The notes under the pieces: generated by a model
The model's database searches: none
Seen by the model: the letters and a program-made list of their open reading frames with translations, nothing else
What the model was told of the DNA's origin: nothing
Assembly: GCA_016187025.1 (NCBI GenBank)
Contig: JACPKM010000001.1
Coordinates: forward strand, 107,188 to 171,187
DNA: 64,000 nucleotides
Direction of reading: 5' to 3'
DNA from: Candidatus Daviesbacteria bacterium
GTDB taxonomy: Bacteria; Patescibacteriota; Microgenomatia; Daviesbacterales; UBA10151
Shown here: positions 19,087-28,372 of the stretch, in pieces
How positions within the stretch are numbered: position 1 is the stretch's first letter
Layout: the number at the start of each line of letters is the position of its first letter
Translations under genes and position numbers: made by a program

Positions 19087-19740
19087 CTAGTACCAAAATT
19101 TATGTGATGTAGAATCAAAGTGCTGATCTAAACCATCTGCCACTGCTAATAAATTTCTAGCTAAATCCCCTGATTTATCCTTGTAAATCATCGTTCTATA
19201 TAAATCTATAGATTCTAACAAATCCCTGTAAAGTACCACAATCGATACAGGTAACATAAACCTATCTTCTTCCCATTTGATAATCTCGAGATGTTGGAAC
19301 TTAACAGCCTTGTTTTCATAATAATCCCATTGCTCCCTATCTCCTTTATAAAGAAGCCACTCTATAGTTTTATTAGGATCCGTTCTTGAAACCATTTTCT
19401 TAGGACTATAGATATGAACAGTTCCATGCCTATACATATCATAGAGCAAATCACCATGTTTCTCATATAGTTTATCGATATGCGACAATACTTTTTTTAT
19501 AAAGATTTTTGCTTTCTGGGGCGTTGCAAAGTCATCTTTGTCACCATTTTTCTTTTTATTGCCACTCCAACCAGAATAAAGTAATCCGAGAAAATCAATA
19601 TAGCAAAACACCATTCGTGGAACACCAAAATAACCGCCTTCAGGCCTACCGGGTTGAATAATCGGAGAGATGTCAGTGTTTATCGACGTAACAAGATCAT
19701 TGATTATTCTGTCAATCCTTCGTGCCTCTTCATTAATCAT
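19087..19740 (-). CDS. hypothetical protein (217 aa)
   Basis: ORF, last gene of a tight minus-strand operon. Confidence 0.55.
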   Translation of the reverse strand: MINEEARRIDRIINDLVTSINTDISPIIQPGRPEGGYFGVPRMVFCYIDFLGLLYSGWSGNKKKNGDKDDFATPQKAKIFIKKVLSHIDKLYEKHGDLLYDMYRHGTVHIYSPKKMVSRTDPNKTIEWLLYKGDREQWDYYENKAVKFQHLEIIKWEEDRFMLPVSIVVLYRDLLESIDLYRTMIYKDKSGDLARNLLAVADGLDQHFDSTSHKFWY

Positions 19741-19755
19741 AAATCATAATTTGAC

Positions 19756-20154
19756 TTATTTAGGTCCTTTGAATCCCAAAGCCAAAAGTGCCTCCTTTAC
19801 TTTTCTTAATTTATCCTCTTTCACCAAAATATAATCTTTTGAGTAAGTAGAAATAATCAGGATGTTCATGCCTGCTTTAGCGATTGCTGAACTAACTGTG
19901 GCTAAAAAACCAACTGAATAAAATGGAACAGAAACATTTAATGCAATTAACTTGTAATTATCTTTGTTTCTTTCAATTAAATCCAAACTACTCAGATTTT
20001 CTTCTTTGGTTACTACTGTAATTTCATCCTTGTCCTGGCTAACCATAAAGTGCTTCTCTGTCTCCGGAACACTTTTGACCTGAGTATAAACATAAACTCC
20101 ATCCTCTGTTTCAAAACTACTTTGTTTAATTATATTTTTTAACTCATCATTCAT
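19756..20154 (-). CDS. ACT-domain-like small protein
   Basis: 132-aa sequence resembles ACT_7-type ligand-binding domain proteins (tentative). Confidence 0.4.
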   Translation of the reverse strand: MNDELKNIIKQSSFETEDGVYVYTQVKSVPETEKHFMVSQDKDEITVVTKEENLSSLDLIERNKDNYKLIALNVSVPFYSVGFLATVSSAIAKAGMNILIISTYSKDYILVKEDKLRKVKEALLALGFKGPK

Positions 20155-20158
20155 ATGA

Positions 20159-20755
20159 TTAACCTAACCAAGCTGCTAAAAGTGTTTTAATTTTTATTAA
20201 AAGGTCATGTGCACCAGAAAAGGTAGCCGCTGTTGTAATTGCTGCCCAAGAAACCTGAATAATTTGCTTGGAAGGGTTAGGCTTAACTAATTGCGATTTT
20301 ATGGTTTCTACATCACCTGTTAAATTCATCTTCTCCTCTTCGGTTAATGTCGACTTTCTAACCTCTTCTATAAGCGAGTTTAATTCATCAATAGAGTTAC
20401 CTTTAACCTGTGTGATGCTCCCTATATTATCTCCCATCACTAAAACATTATTAGAACCCTCTAACGTAATTGAAGAAAATGTCTTTCTGCTAAATTTTGA
20501 CTTTTCGAATATCTGCACCCCTTTACTGGAGATTATTATCTTCTCAAAAGATACCCCTCCACCTCTCTCTACCTTCTTGCTAACATAACCCTCGCCCTTT
20601 AGAAAATTTATGTTTCTTATAACCTCATTTCTATCAAAACCCTCTCGTCTCAACTCATTTGCTACCCTAGCCGGAGCTATCCACAACGCTTTCTTTAGAT
20701 TGTAATCATAAAGAAATTTTAAAATTTTATCTCTCACTCTGTCCTCGTTATCCAT
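20159..20755 (-). CDS. hypothetical protein with N-terminal winged-helix-like region (198 aa)
   Basis: ORF in an operon. Confidence 0.5.
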   Translation of the reverse strand: MDNEDRVRDKILKFLYDYNLKKALWIAPARVANELRREGFDRNEVIRNINFLKGEGYVSKKVERGGGVSFEKIIISSKGVQIFEKSKFSRKTFSSITLEGSNNVLVMGDNIGSITQVKGNSIDELNSLIEEVRKSTLTEEEKMNLTGDVETIKSQLVKPNPSKQIIQVSWAAITTAATFSGAHDLLIKIKTLLAAWLG

Positions 20756-20756
20756 G

Positions 20757-21068
20757 TTAAATCAAACTCTGCTCTACTCCATAAACAATAGCATTAAGGG
20801 TGCTCCTAGCCTCTTCCAATCCGCGCATGCAAGCTTCTATATCCGCTTGTCTGTTCCATTCAGGATTCATCATTCTAATAACTGCTGATCTATAACTGAT
20901 TTTCTCAAAAGTTTTATAGTGCTTTGAGTCTTCACCAATCAGGTTATTCAAAATCATTAGGGTTTCTTCACGCCACTGGCGTAATCTATTAAAATCCACC
21001 TCTTTTAAAAGCTCATCAATAAAAGCTATTTTCTCTTTGAGCAATTGCAAATTACGATCTTCATTCAT
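20757..21068 (-). CDS. hypothetical protein (103 aa)
   Basis: ORF in an operon; overlaps the upstream gene by 8 nt. Confidence 0.5.
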   Translation of the reverse strand: MNEDRNLQLLKEKIAFIDELLKEVDFNRLRQWREETLMILNNLIGEDSKHYKTFEKISYRSAVIRMMNPEWNRQADIEACMRGLEEARSTLNAIVYGVEQSLI

Positions 21069-21255
21069 ATTTATTCTTTTGATGTATATTTATAAAATTC
21101 ACAATATCTTCCCTTCTATACCTCCTATCTCCTCGCGTACTCACTACTACAGCCTTTAACTTCCCCAAACGGTCCCAACGTCTTAGGGTCTCTGGATTGA
21201 CACCCAAAATCTCAGCTGCCTCGCGTATTCTTAACAACTTAATCATTTTAACCAT
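21061..21255 (-). CDS. excisionase/MerR-like HTH DNA-binding protein
   Basis: 'IREAAEILGVNPETLRRWDRLGKLKAVVVSTRGDRRYRREDI' is an HTH_17/Xis-like motif; start taken at internal Met (MVKMIK). Confidence 0.55.
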   Translation of the reverse strand: MVKMIKLLRIREAAEILGVNPETLRRWDRLGKLKAVVVSTRGDRRYRREDIVNFINIHQKNKYE

Positions 21256-21361
21256 AACTTCTACTAAATTATACACCTGCTCAGAATAAACTATAATAAG
21301 GTACAGGTAGACATAGAAGCAAGTTTTTCTTTTATTTAATAAGGAGGTTAGCTCAAGAGAT

Positions 21362-21883
21362 ATGACAAATGCAACAAAAAGCAACAAATTGCAACAAAAT
21401 TTCGACTCCCTGGAGCCTAAACACCAACAAGCTATTGATTTACGATTAGAAGGTCTTGCATATAAAGTAATTGCTAAATCTCTTAATTTGACTGAGCAAC
21501 ATGTAAGGCGTTGGTTTATGAAAGGTGGAACTTGCCATTACGCTTATCAACTTAAACAAAAACAAAGGATGAAAGATTGGCAAGAGGATTTTAAAAAAAT
21601 TGATGATAAATTAAAAGAAATAGCCACCGAAGCTGTTTTGGCTATTAAACAAAATGTACGCAAGGGAAGTTTGTGGGCTGCGTTTGGGGTATTAGATAGG
21701 GTAGGTTTTCAACCCATCCAAAAACTCCAGCCAATGACAGAACCAAAAGTACAGATTATCAATTATTCTTATCCCCAAAATGGGGAGTCTAAAACGATTG
21801 ATGGTGAAACAGAAACAAAAGAAGATACAGCATTACAACCTTGGCATCCCGAGGAAGAAATACTAACTACCAATAACCCCTAA
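21362..21883 (+). CDS. HTH-containing protein (terminase-small-subunit-like / sigma region-4-like)
   Basis: 'LRLEGLAYKVIAKSLNLTEQHVRRW' HTH; acidic C-terminus. Confidence 0.35.
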   Translation: MTNATKSNKLQQNFDSLEPKHQQAIDLRLEGLAYKVIAKSLNLTEQHVRRWFMKGGTCHYAYQLKQKQRMKDWQEDFKKIDDKLKEIATEAVLAIKQNVRKGSLWAAFGVLDRVGFQPIQKLQPMTEPKVQIINYSYPQNGESKTIDGETETKEDTALQPWHPEEEILTTNNP

Positions 21884-21887
21884 TGTA

Positions 21888-22100
21888 CTAAAAGGGGAAC
21901 AACTCCTGAACTTTAACGTTTAACACACGGGCTATTTTATAAATAGTCCGAAGAGAAGGCTTCCTATGGCCTGTTTCTATAAATTGGACATACTTCGTGC
22001 TTAAATCTAATCTCTCGGCCATTTGCTCCTGGGTCATCCCTGCTCCCTTTCTAAGTTTATGTATCTTCTTCCCTAACTTTATATCTTGCTCTGTTGCCAT
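21888..22100 (-). CDS. XRE-family (Cro/CI-like) transcriptional regulator
   Basis: 'MTQEQMAERLDLSTKYVQFIETGHRKPSLRTIYKIARVLNV'. Confidence 0.7.
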   Translation of the reverse strand: MATEQDIKLGKKIHKLRKGAGMTQEQMAERLDLSTKYVQFIETGHRKPSLRTIYKIARVLNVKVQELFPF

Positions 22101-22211
22101 ACCTTTTAAGGGTATAGATAAAGCAAATCCAGTTAAACCAACTGTGTGTCACCTTTTAAAGCTATATATAGGCTTGTTTTTACCCCCACTAACTGTTACC
22201 ATTACCTCAAA

Positions 22212-23180
22212 ATGGGCACAACATTTGCACTTTTATTTCTATTCTCCATTATTGGTTTAATCATAGGATTAATAAAACCTGCAGCTATTGCTAGGCTCAC
22301 TAAAATAACTCTACCCAGAAAAAAGCTTGCTTTGTTATTTGGAGGCCTTTCTTTGTTGTTTTTTATTTTAATTGGTGTTACCGCCGATCCCTCTACAAGG
22401 GTGCAATCAAACCAAACTAACACAGCAGCAGCCACGATTGACCAAACAACGCAAGCTACCAGTTCAGGCAACCTCCAAAATTCTCCATCCCCAACTTTGA
22501 CTCAAACACCTTCTGATAAACCTACTGACCCGGTAAAAACTGCTAAAGTAACCAGAGTTATTGATGGCGATACTATTGAGATAGAAGGTGGCCAGAAAGT
22601 CCGTTATATTGGTATTGATACCCCTGAAACAGTTGACCCCAGGACAACAGTCCAATGCTTTGGCAAAGAAGCCTCGGATAAAAATAAAGAGCTTGTGGGA
22701 GGTAAGGAAGTTAGGTTGGAGAAGGATGTTTCAGAAACTGATAAATACGGGAGGTTATTAAAGTATGTTTATGTAGGAGATACTTTTGTAAATGATTATT
22801 TGGTAAGGCAAGGCTATGCCCGTTCTTCAAGCTACCCTCCTGATATAAAGTATCAAGATCAATTCAGACAGGCAGAACAGGAAGCAAGAGGAACTCAAAA
22901 AGGCTTATGGGGATCAGCTTGCCAGTCATCACCTACTCCACAAGCTCCACAAACCCAATCCAGCCAAACAACAGGCACTACAGGCAGTTATACCGCCCCA
23001 CAACCTCAATCCGGAAGTTGTTTGATTAAGGGTAATATTAGTAGTTCAGGAGAGAAGATTTACCATATGCCTGGACAAAATTTTTACAATAAAACTGTTA
23101 TAGATACAAGCAAAGGTGAGCGTTGGTTCTGCTCAGAAGCTGAAGCCCAAACTGCTGGTTGGAGAAAAGCAAAAGTATAA
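22212..23180 (+). CDS. thermonuclease (SNase-like) with N-terminal TM anchor, Thr/Gln/Pro-rich linker and C-terminal Cys-containing domain
   Basis: 'VIDGDTIEI...VRYIGIDTPE...YGRLL' staphylococcal-nuclease motifs; C-terminal 'CLIKGNIS..GEKIYHMPGQ..FCSEAEAQTAGWR'. Confidence 0.75.
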   Translation: MGTTFALLFLFSIIGLIIGLIKPAAIARLTKITLPRKKLALLFGGLSLLFFILIGVTADPSTRVQSNQTNTAAATIDQTTQATSSGNLQNSPSPTLTQTPSDKPTDPVKTAKVTRVIDGDTIEIEGGQKVRYIGIDTPETVDPRTTVQCFGKEASDKNKELVGGKEVRLEKDVSETDKYGRLLKYVYVGDTFVNDYLVRQGYARSSSYPPDIKYQDQFRQAEQEARGTQKGLWGSACQSSPTPQAPQTQSSQTTGTTGSYTAPQPQSGSCLIKGNISSSGEKIYHMPGQNFYNKTVIDTSKGERWFCSEAEAQTAGWRKAKV

Positions 23181-23258
23181 ATACACCCTCTTAATTCGCA
23201 GATTATCTTACTCAACCTATTTTTGTTAAAATCAAGATAAATAAAGATAAGCATAAAA

Positions 23259-24071
23259 ATGAACAATTTATCTGAGGACTTAAAAGAATTTCTGCGATGG
23301 ATCAAGATGCAAAGTGATGAATATATCAATGAGCATCAAGAGTTGATCCTTGTAATGTTAAGGCTCATCACAGACACACAATTTCAGTTTGAAATACAAA
23401 AACTAAGATCAGAATATAATCTCCCCAAGAAATGGTATTTAGGAACTAAAAATGTTGATTTTTATAAAAAGATACACAAGGAGTATGAAGCTTGGCACAA
23501 AAGAAATACAAAAGAAGTACTTACAAAAGACCACCCAAAAATTTTAGAAATATGTAAACAGTTTAGGATTGACTCTTCTCGCTACGGTTTTTTTGTTTCA
23601 AACTATCTATATTTTAGAGACCTGAGACCACTTAAACCTTTAACCAATAATACATTTCTATCAAACGAGGAGTACCGCTATAAGGCACGTTTAGAGACTG
23701 CACAGGACGAAACAATGCCCTACTTAACAAAAGGGTATATTCGCTTCTTTCAAGATACAACACCTGAACAGCTCTTGCGGTTTGTTGAGGAAAATAAGGA
23801 TAAGATCAGATTGATCCGAAGCTGGTTACCCCTTTACCCACACACAAAGAAATTTAGCCTATTCAAAAGAGATATCCAAATATTTATACTCCATCTGCTC
23901 AACTATAAAACACCCAAAATATCAGATATTATTGCGGAAGAAAATCTATCCCAAGATGAAAACTCAAACATTGACTCTATTGAAAATAAATTCACACTCG
24001 AAGAAGCAGCTATTAGAGAAATTGTTAGAGATTTAACCCACCGCATAAAAAACCTCAAAAATATAATCTAA
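23259..24071 (+). CDS. hypothetical protein (270 aa)
   Basis: ORF. Confidence 0.5.
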   Translation: MNNLSEDLKEFLRWIKMQSDEYINEHQELILVMLRLITDTQFQFEIQKLRSEYNLPKKWYLGTKNVDFYKKIHKEYEAWHKRNTKEVLTKDHPKILEICKQFRIDSSRYGFFVSNYLYFRDLRPLKPLTNNTFLSNEEYRYKARLETAQDETMPYLTKGYIRFFQDTTPEQLLRFVEENKDKIRLIRSWLPLYPHTKKFSLFKRDIQIFILHLLNYKTPKISDIIAEENLSQDENSNIDSIENKFTLEEAAIREIVRDLTHRIKNLKNII

Positions 24072-24289
24072 AACGTAGGTTAAACCCACCCCTCTTTTGC
24101 TCTACGCAAAACTTAATCCTCTTTTTTAGAATAATCATAATGATTAAGAGGATTAAGAATAACTATCAAAATAATTTGAGTATAGATTTCATAGCCGAAA
24201 AATGGATCGGTATACTTTTTGCTCATATACAAAGTAAAAGAATTAGCAAAAAAACTAATTTAAATAACAAAATAAAGTGAGTATAAAAT

Positions 24290-24547
24290 ATGAACGATAA
24301 TCAGAATAAAACCTTTGCTACCGATAACTTTCAACTTGCTTGCTATTTGGTTTCAGAAGCAATACCCCTACTCTCTCTTGATAAAACAAATCCTAAGCGT
24401 GTGGTATTCATCCTTGAAGAAAGTGATAAAAGACGGGCCCTGACTCAAAAATACTTAAGTTATATGGCAGAAACTGAAGTGCATCGCATTTTTTCAGCTC
24501 AAAAGGATCTTAAACAAATGATCTATCAAAATAAATCAAACTTATGA
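24290..24547 (+). CDS. DUF5659-like small protein (paralog of 37885..38136)
   Basis: Translation aligns with the 83-aa protein at 37885 ('F.T.D...A.YL.S..I.L......P.....VF..E.S'). Confidence 0.55.
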   Translation: MNDNQNKTFATDNFQLACYLVSEAIPLLSLDKTNPKRVVFILEESDKRRALTQKYLSYMAETEVHRIFSAQKDLKQMIYQNKSNL

Positions 24548-24874
24548 ATTATGAATATCCACAAAATAATGACTGTTAAAAGAAAAATGATTAACTATAT
24601 TTTTTATTCATTATTTGCAATCGTAAAGGGCTCATCCGTTATGAGTGTTTAGACGATTTAAAACAAATCTAAACAAAGTGAACGGCAACCGACCGAAACG
24701 ACCATACGGGCAGAACTGTAGGGCGCGCCCTCACTGGTAGATAGATCAAATAACAGTTACAAGGTTTATCTATTAACAGGGCTGTGTATTAACTACGGTA
24801 GCAGGTACTAAAACACCTGCCCGGAGGTGCGGTGAGGAGGGAAGATATTTAAAGGAGGGTTGGAAGAAATAAAT

Positions 24875-25018
24875 ATGAGTAAACAAGTAAACAAAAAAAT
24901 GAAACAGAAAGCCACAAAACTGGTTAGGATCAGCGCAGAGTTACATAGAAGACTAAAAATCGAGTCGGCTATCACTCAAACAACGATTGGAGAGCTTATT
25001 GAGAAACATCTTGTTTAA
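24875..25018 (+). CDS. small RHH-like DNA-binding protein (47 aa; paralog of 38151..38372)
   Basis: Not in the ORF track; 'KLVRISAELHRRLKIESAITQTTIGELIEKHL' matches 'TLVRIDAELHRLLKIKAVAERTTIRTLIEGAL' of the second module. Confidence 0.5.
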   Translation: MSKQVNKKMKQKATKLVRISAELHRRLKIESAITQTTIGELIEKHLV

Positions 25019-25054
25019 TACCTTTTAATTATGTTATATAATTAAGTATAAGTA

Positions 25055-25279
25055 ATGAGCCTGTTTAAGAAACCGTGCATGGTAGATTATAAAGAAATGT
25101 TAGCTGAAGCTAGGGCTATATATTTGGCTATGAAACAAGGCGCTATAAGTTATGAAAAAGCAAAGTTAATGACAACGCCATATTTGGAGATAATCAATAA
25201 ACGAGTAAGGAAGCTAGCCCGTAAGCATGGAGTATATGCAAAAGAGATTAGATTCAATGATTTAAACAGAAATATATGA
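25055..25279 (+). CDS. hypothetical small protein
   Basis: ORF overlapping the recombinase start. Confidence 0.4.
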   Translation: MSLFKKPCMVDYKEMLAEARAIYLAMKQGAISYEKAKLMTTPYLEIINKRVRKLARKHGVYAKEIRFNDLNRNI

Positions 25280-26787
25280 AAAATTGTTATGTTTATTTAA
25301 GAGTGTCAACAGATGAGCAAGCCAATGAGGGTTTTTCTTTAGATAATCAAAAGAGGTCCTGTTTGGATTATGCTCAAATGTGTGGCTACCACGTTAAGAA
25401 AGTCTTTGAAGATGGAGGTAGAAGCGGTAAAACTACAGACCGGCCTGCGTTTCAAGAATTACTCGCCTTAATTCAAGAAAATTCTGTAGATGCAGTTATT
25501 ATTTATAAAATAGACCGTTTTGCCAGAAATGTAGGTGATTTTTCAAATATAAGAAAGCAATTCAAGCAATTAGGGATTAAGCTGCTTTCAGTATCCGAGA
25601 ATGGAGATGTAACAGAGGGTTTAATAGGCAATATCTTTGCTTCAGTTGCAGAATGGGAGTCAGAGGTTAATGGACAAAGGACAAAAGATGCTTTAATGCA
25701 GAAGTTTAGAGAGGGCTGGCAGCCCACTCCTCCCCCAATAGGCTATATAAGCATTGGCGGTGACAGGGAGAGAAAAACTTGCGAACCAGATCCTTATGTT
25801 GCACCGATTATCAAAGAGTTATATGAGTTATACGCTACTGGTAATTATTCAATCCTAGAATTACAAGAGTGGTTAAGCGATAAAAACCTTATTTCTAAAA
25901 CTGGTACAGGATTAGGGCATAGTGTAATTTGTAATATTCTCAATAACCCCTTTTATTACGGTTTGATCCGATGGAGGGGAGAATCTAAGATCGGTAAACA
26001 TATCCCCATTATCACCAGAGAGCTATTTGATACTTGCCAGTATGTTTTAGCCAAGCACAGAAACTTCCTTTTACGAAGGCGTACACACAACTTTCTACTC
26101 AGAGGATTTATTTATTGTGCTGAGTGTGGCCAGCGGTATACTGCTGAATGGCATAAAAACGAGCACAAATTCAAGCATAGAGGCGGTAAAATTGGTTATT
26201 ACCACTGTATAAAACTAGGAAGAAATGGTTGTCCTGCTCCTTATGTAGAAATATCCGAGCTTGAAAAGTTGGTTGAAAAGGAGTTTAAAAACATGCAGTT
26301 TAGCCAGGAGTTTATAGATGCGGTAGTCAGAAAGACCAGAGAACGCCTTGAAAACAACCGTAAATCGGCTAATGCCGTCAAACAAGGCATGCTTAACCAA
26401 AAAACCGCCTTAGAAACAAAAAGAAATAAGCTGGAAGATGCTTTACTGGATGCAACAATAGACAGGGACACTTTCAAAAGAAAGCACACAGAGATTCATG
26501 ACAAGATTTTGAACTTAGAGGCACAAATTCAAGAAACTGACGCCCAGAGTCAAATAGACATAGATTTGATTGATGAGGTATTAGCTTTTACCAGAAACAT
26601 CTACCAAACATATAAAGATGCTCCAACTTACCTTAAAAGACATTACTTAAGATTCTTTTATGAGAAGCTAATTGTAAGAAATAAAGAAGTTGTTGAGGCA
26701 GTGCCAACACCAATCTTCTTGTCCCTACAAGCTAATCAAGCGGTTATAATAACAGCTTTCAGCTCCCCAGCTCTGAAGTTATTATAG
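25276..26787 (+). CDS. large serine recombinase (resolvase/invertase N-domain + recombinase + zinc-ribbon)
   Basis: 'CYVYLRVSTDEQ' catalytic Ser context; 'IIYKIDRFARN'; Cys-rich zinc-ribbon 'CAECGQRYT...YYHC'; C-terminal coiled coil. Confidence 0.85.
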   Translation: MKNCYVYLRVSTDEQANEGFSLDNQKRSCLDYAQMCGYHVKKVFEDGGRSGKTTDRPAFQELLALIQENSVDAVIIYKIDRFARNVGDFSNIRKQFKQLGIKLLSVSENGDVTEGLIGNIFASVAEWESEVNGQRTKDALMQKFREGWQPTPPPIGYISIGGDRERKTCEPDPYVAPIIKELYELYATGNYSILELQEWLSDKNLISKTGTGLGHSVICNILNNPFYYGLIRWRGESKIGKHIPIITRELFDTCQYVLAKHRNFLLRRRTHNFLLRGFIYCAECGQRYTAEWHKNEHKFKHRGGKIGYYHCIKLGRNGCPAPYVEISELEKLVEKEFKNMQFSQEFIDAVVRKTRERLENNRKSANAVKQGMLNQKTALETKRNKLEDALLDATIDRDTFKRKHTEIHDKILNLEAQIQETDAQSQIDIDLIDEVLAFTRNIYQTYKDAPTYLKRHYLRFFYEKLIVRNKEVVEAVPTPIFLSLQANQAVIITAFSSPALKLL

Positions 26788-26898
26788 AAGGGGTATCAAG
26801 TATATTAAAGACTTTTGAAGATGTTATTGAAATGGGAATAATCAAGGCCAGATGGGAAGAAATTAAAAGAGTCCAGAAGATACCTAACGCTACATGTA

Positions 26899-28098
26899 TT
26901 AGGTGTTAATAACCATATCAATATTCGGTACATCTCCATATTTACGTAATACTGTTATAAATTTCTCACCAAAATCTGGGGATTTGATTAGAATCTCTGG
27001 ATTCCCACTTTCTTCAATCAACCATTCGCCGCTACTAGTTTCTTGGTCAGTTCCATAGTGATATGAATAGTTGGTAAAAAGTATTGCATTACTGGGTGCA
27101 GGTTTACCCCTTGTAGCGAAAGTAGCGTTATCTCTCATTTTTGTAACTGCCTTTACCCAAGGAATATCATTTGGATTAGCGCCTGGAGAAAGAGGTAGAT
27201 TCATATCAATAAAAATAATGAATGGTTTACCGTGAGGTTTCTGTTTCAAAGCATGCCTATATAACTTCGCAACACTCGAACGAAACTCTTTTTCCTTGTT
27301 AAACTCACCTTCTTTATGCAAAACCCCTTCTCTTTCTTTACTCTTAACTTCAACTGCAATTTCTTCACCAGTTCCAGGGTTTGTAGCGATAAATTCCGAG
27401 TGCTTTGGTTGAGTTTTTTGGCCTACAAATTCTTCATCAAGAAATTTTATCTTATACCCCATTCGAGCAAATAATGCAGCTACAGCTATCTCATATCTAA
27501 CACTTTGATATTCTATATAGTTCCTTAGCTTCTTTAAGAAAATCTCTGGTAGATGCACTGCATGGATGAGACTACATACATCAAAGGCTAATGAAATCAA
27601 AGCACGAGAGTAACCATCTGGTATAGCTCGCCAACCTTCTCCATACCTATTTTCTGGAATCTTATTTTTATCTTGCCAATCGTAATGTTTTATAAAACAT
27701 CTGTAAATAAAATGTTGTTTATCCTCTGGTGATTCCATTTGTTTTATCCACCAATCACGACCCAACTCCTCTTTTAGAACATATATTATAAATTCATGAA
27801 AAGTCTCTTTCTTTGGTCGACGAGGGTATAAACGACTACTAAGTGCCCACACTTTATTGCCCCTAAAATGTGTTGGTGTCACAAAATCAATGAATACACC
27901 AGCTTGTACTAGTTTTTTTCGTCTTTCGATCATCTGCATTTCTAGTTCTTGCCTAATGCGTTCAAGTTCTGGAGTAGACTTTAATTTTTTAATAATTGAG
28001 GTCTTCAGCGACCCCCCGCTTAGTAGATGACACTTTTTATACTTTTTCCCGCTTCCACAAGGGCAAGGGTTATTTCTTCCAATCTTAGCCATAAACAA
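26899..28098 (-). CDS. SEC-C-motif protein of unknown function (399 aa)
   Basis: N-terminal '[18 protein letters not shown]' SEC-C zinc-binding motif; intact copy of the gene decayed at 8342..9140. Confidence 0.65.
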   Translation of the reverse strand: MFMAKIGRNNPCPCGSGKKYKKCHLLSGGSLKTSIIKKLKSTPELERIRQELEMQMIERRKKLVQAGVFIDFVTPTHFRGNKVWALSSRLYPRRPKKETFHEFIIYVLKEELGRDWWIKQMESPEDKQHFIYRCFIKHYDWQDKNKIPENRYGEGWRAIPDGYSRALISLAFDVCSLIHAVHLPEIFLKKLRNYIEYQSVRYEIAVAALFARMGYKIKFLDEEFVGQKTQPKHSEFIATNPGTGEEIAVEVKSKEREGVLHKEGEFNKEKEFRSSVAKLYRHALKQKPHGKPFIIFIDMNLPLSPGANPNDIPWVKAVTKMRDNATFATRGKPAPSNAILFTNYSYHYGTDQETSSGEWLIEESGNPEILIKSPDFGEKFITVLRKYGDVPNIDMVINT

Positions 28099-28131
28099 AT
28101 CAATGTTAGAAATTATTATATAATTTACCTT

Positions 28132-28326
28132 ATGGATAATCTCACTTCAGCACAAAGAAGATTATGCATGACACGGATAAGATCCACTAATACAAAAATA
28201 GAGATTCTTTTTAGAAAGTATCTCTGGAGTAATGGATTTAGAGGCTACAGAGTAAAAAGCAAATTGGAAGGCAAACCTGATCTTTACTTCCCCAAAAAAC
28301 AAACAGAGCATCTATTGACACTTTAA
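28132..28326 (+). pseudogene. vsr: Vsr (very-short-patch-repair endonuclease) N-terminal fragment
   Basis: 'MDNLTSAQRRLCMTRIRSTNTKIEILFRKYLWSNGFRGYRVKSKLEGKPDLYFPKKQ' matches the Vsr N-terminus ('RSRNMSRIRSKDTKPE...LW..G.RYR......GRPDIVFP') then stops, against ~150 aa for full-length Vsr. Confidence 0.65.
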
Positions 28327-28372
28327 TGAGGCTGACAGTCTCATTACCCGCATCTTTAATCCTAAATGCTAG

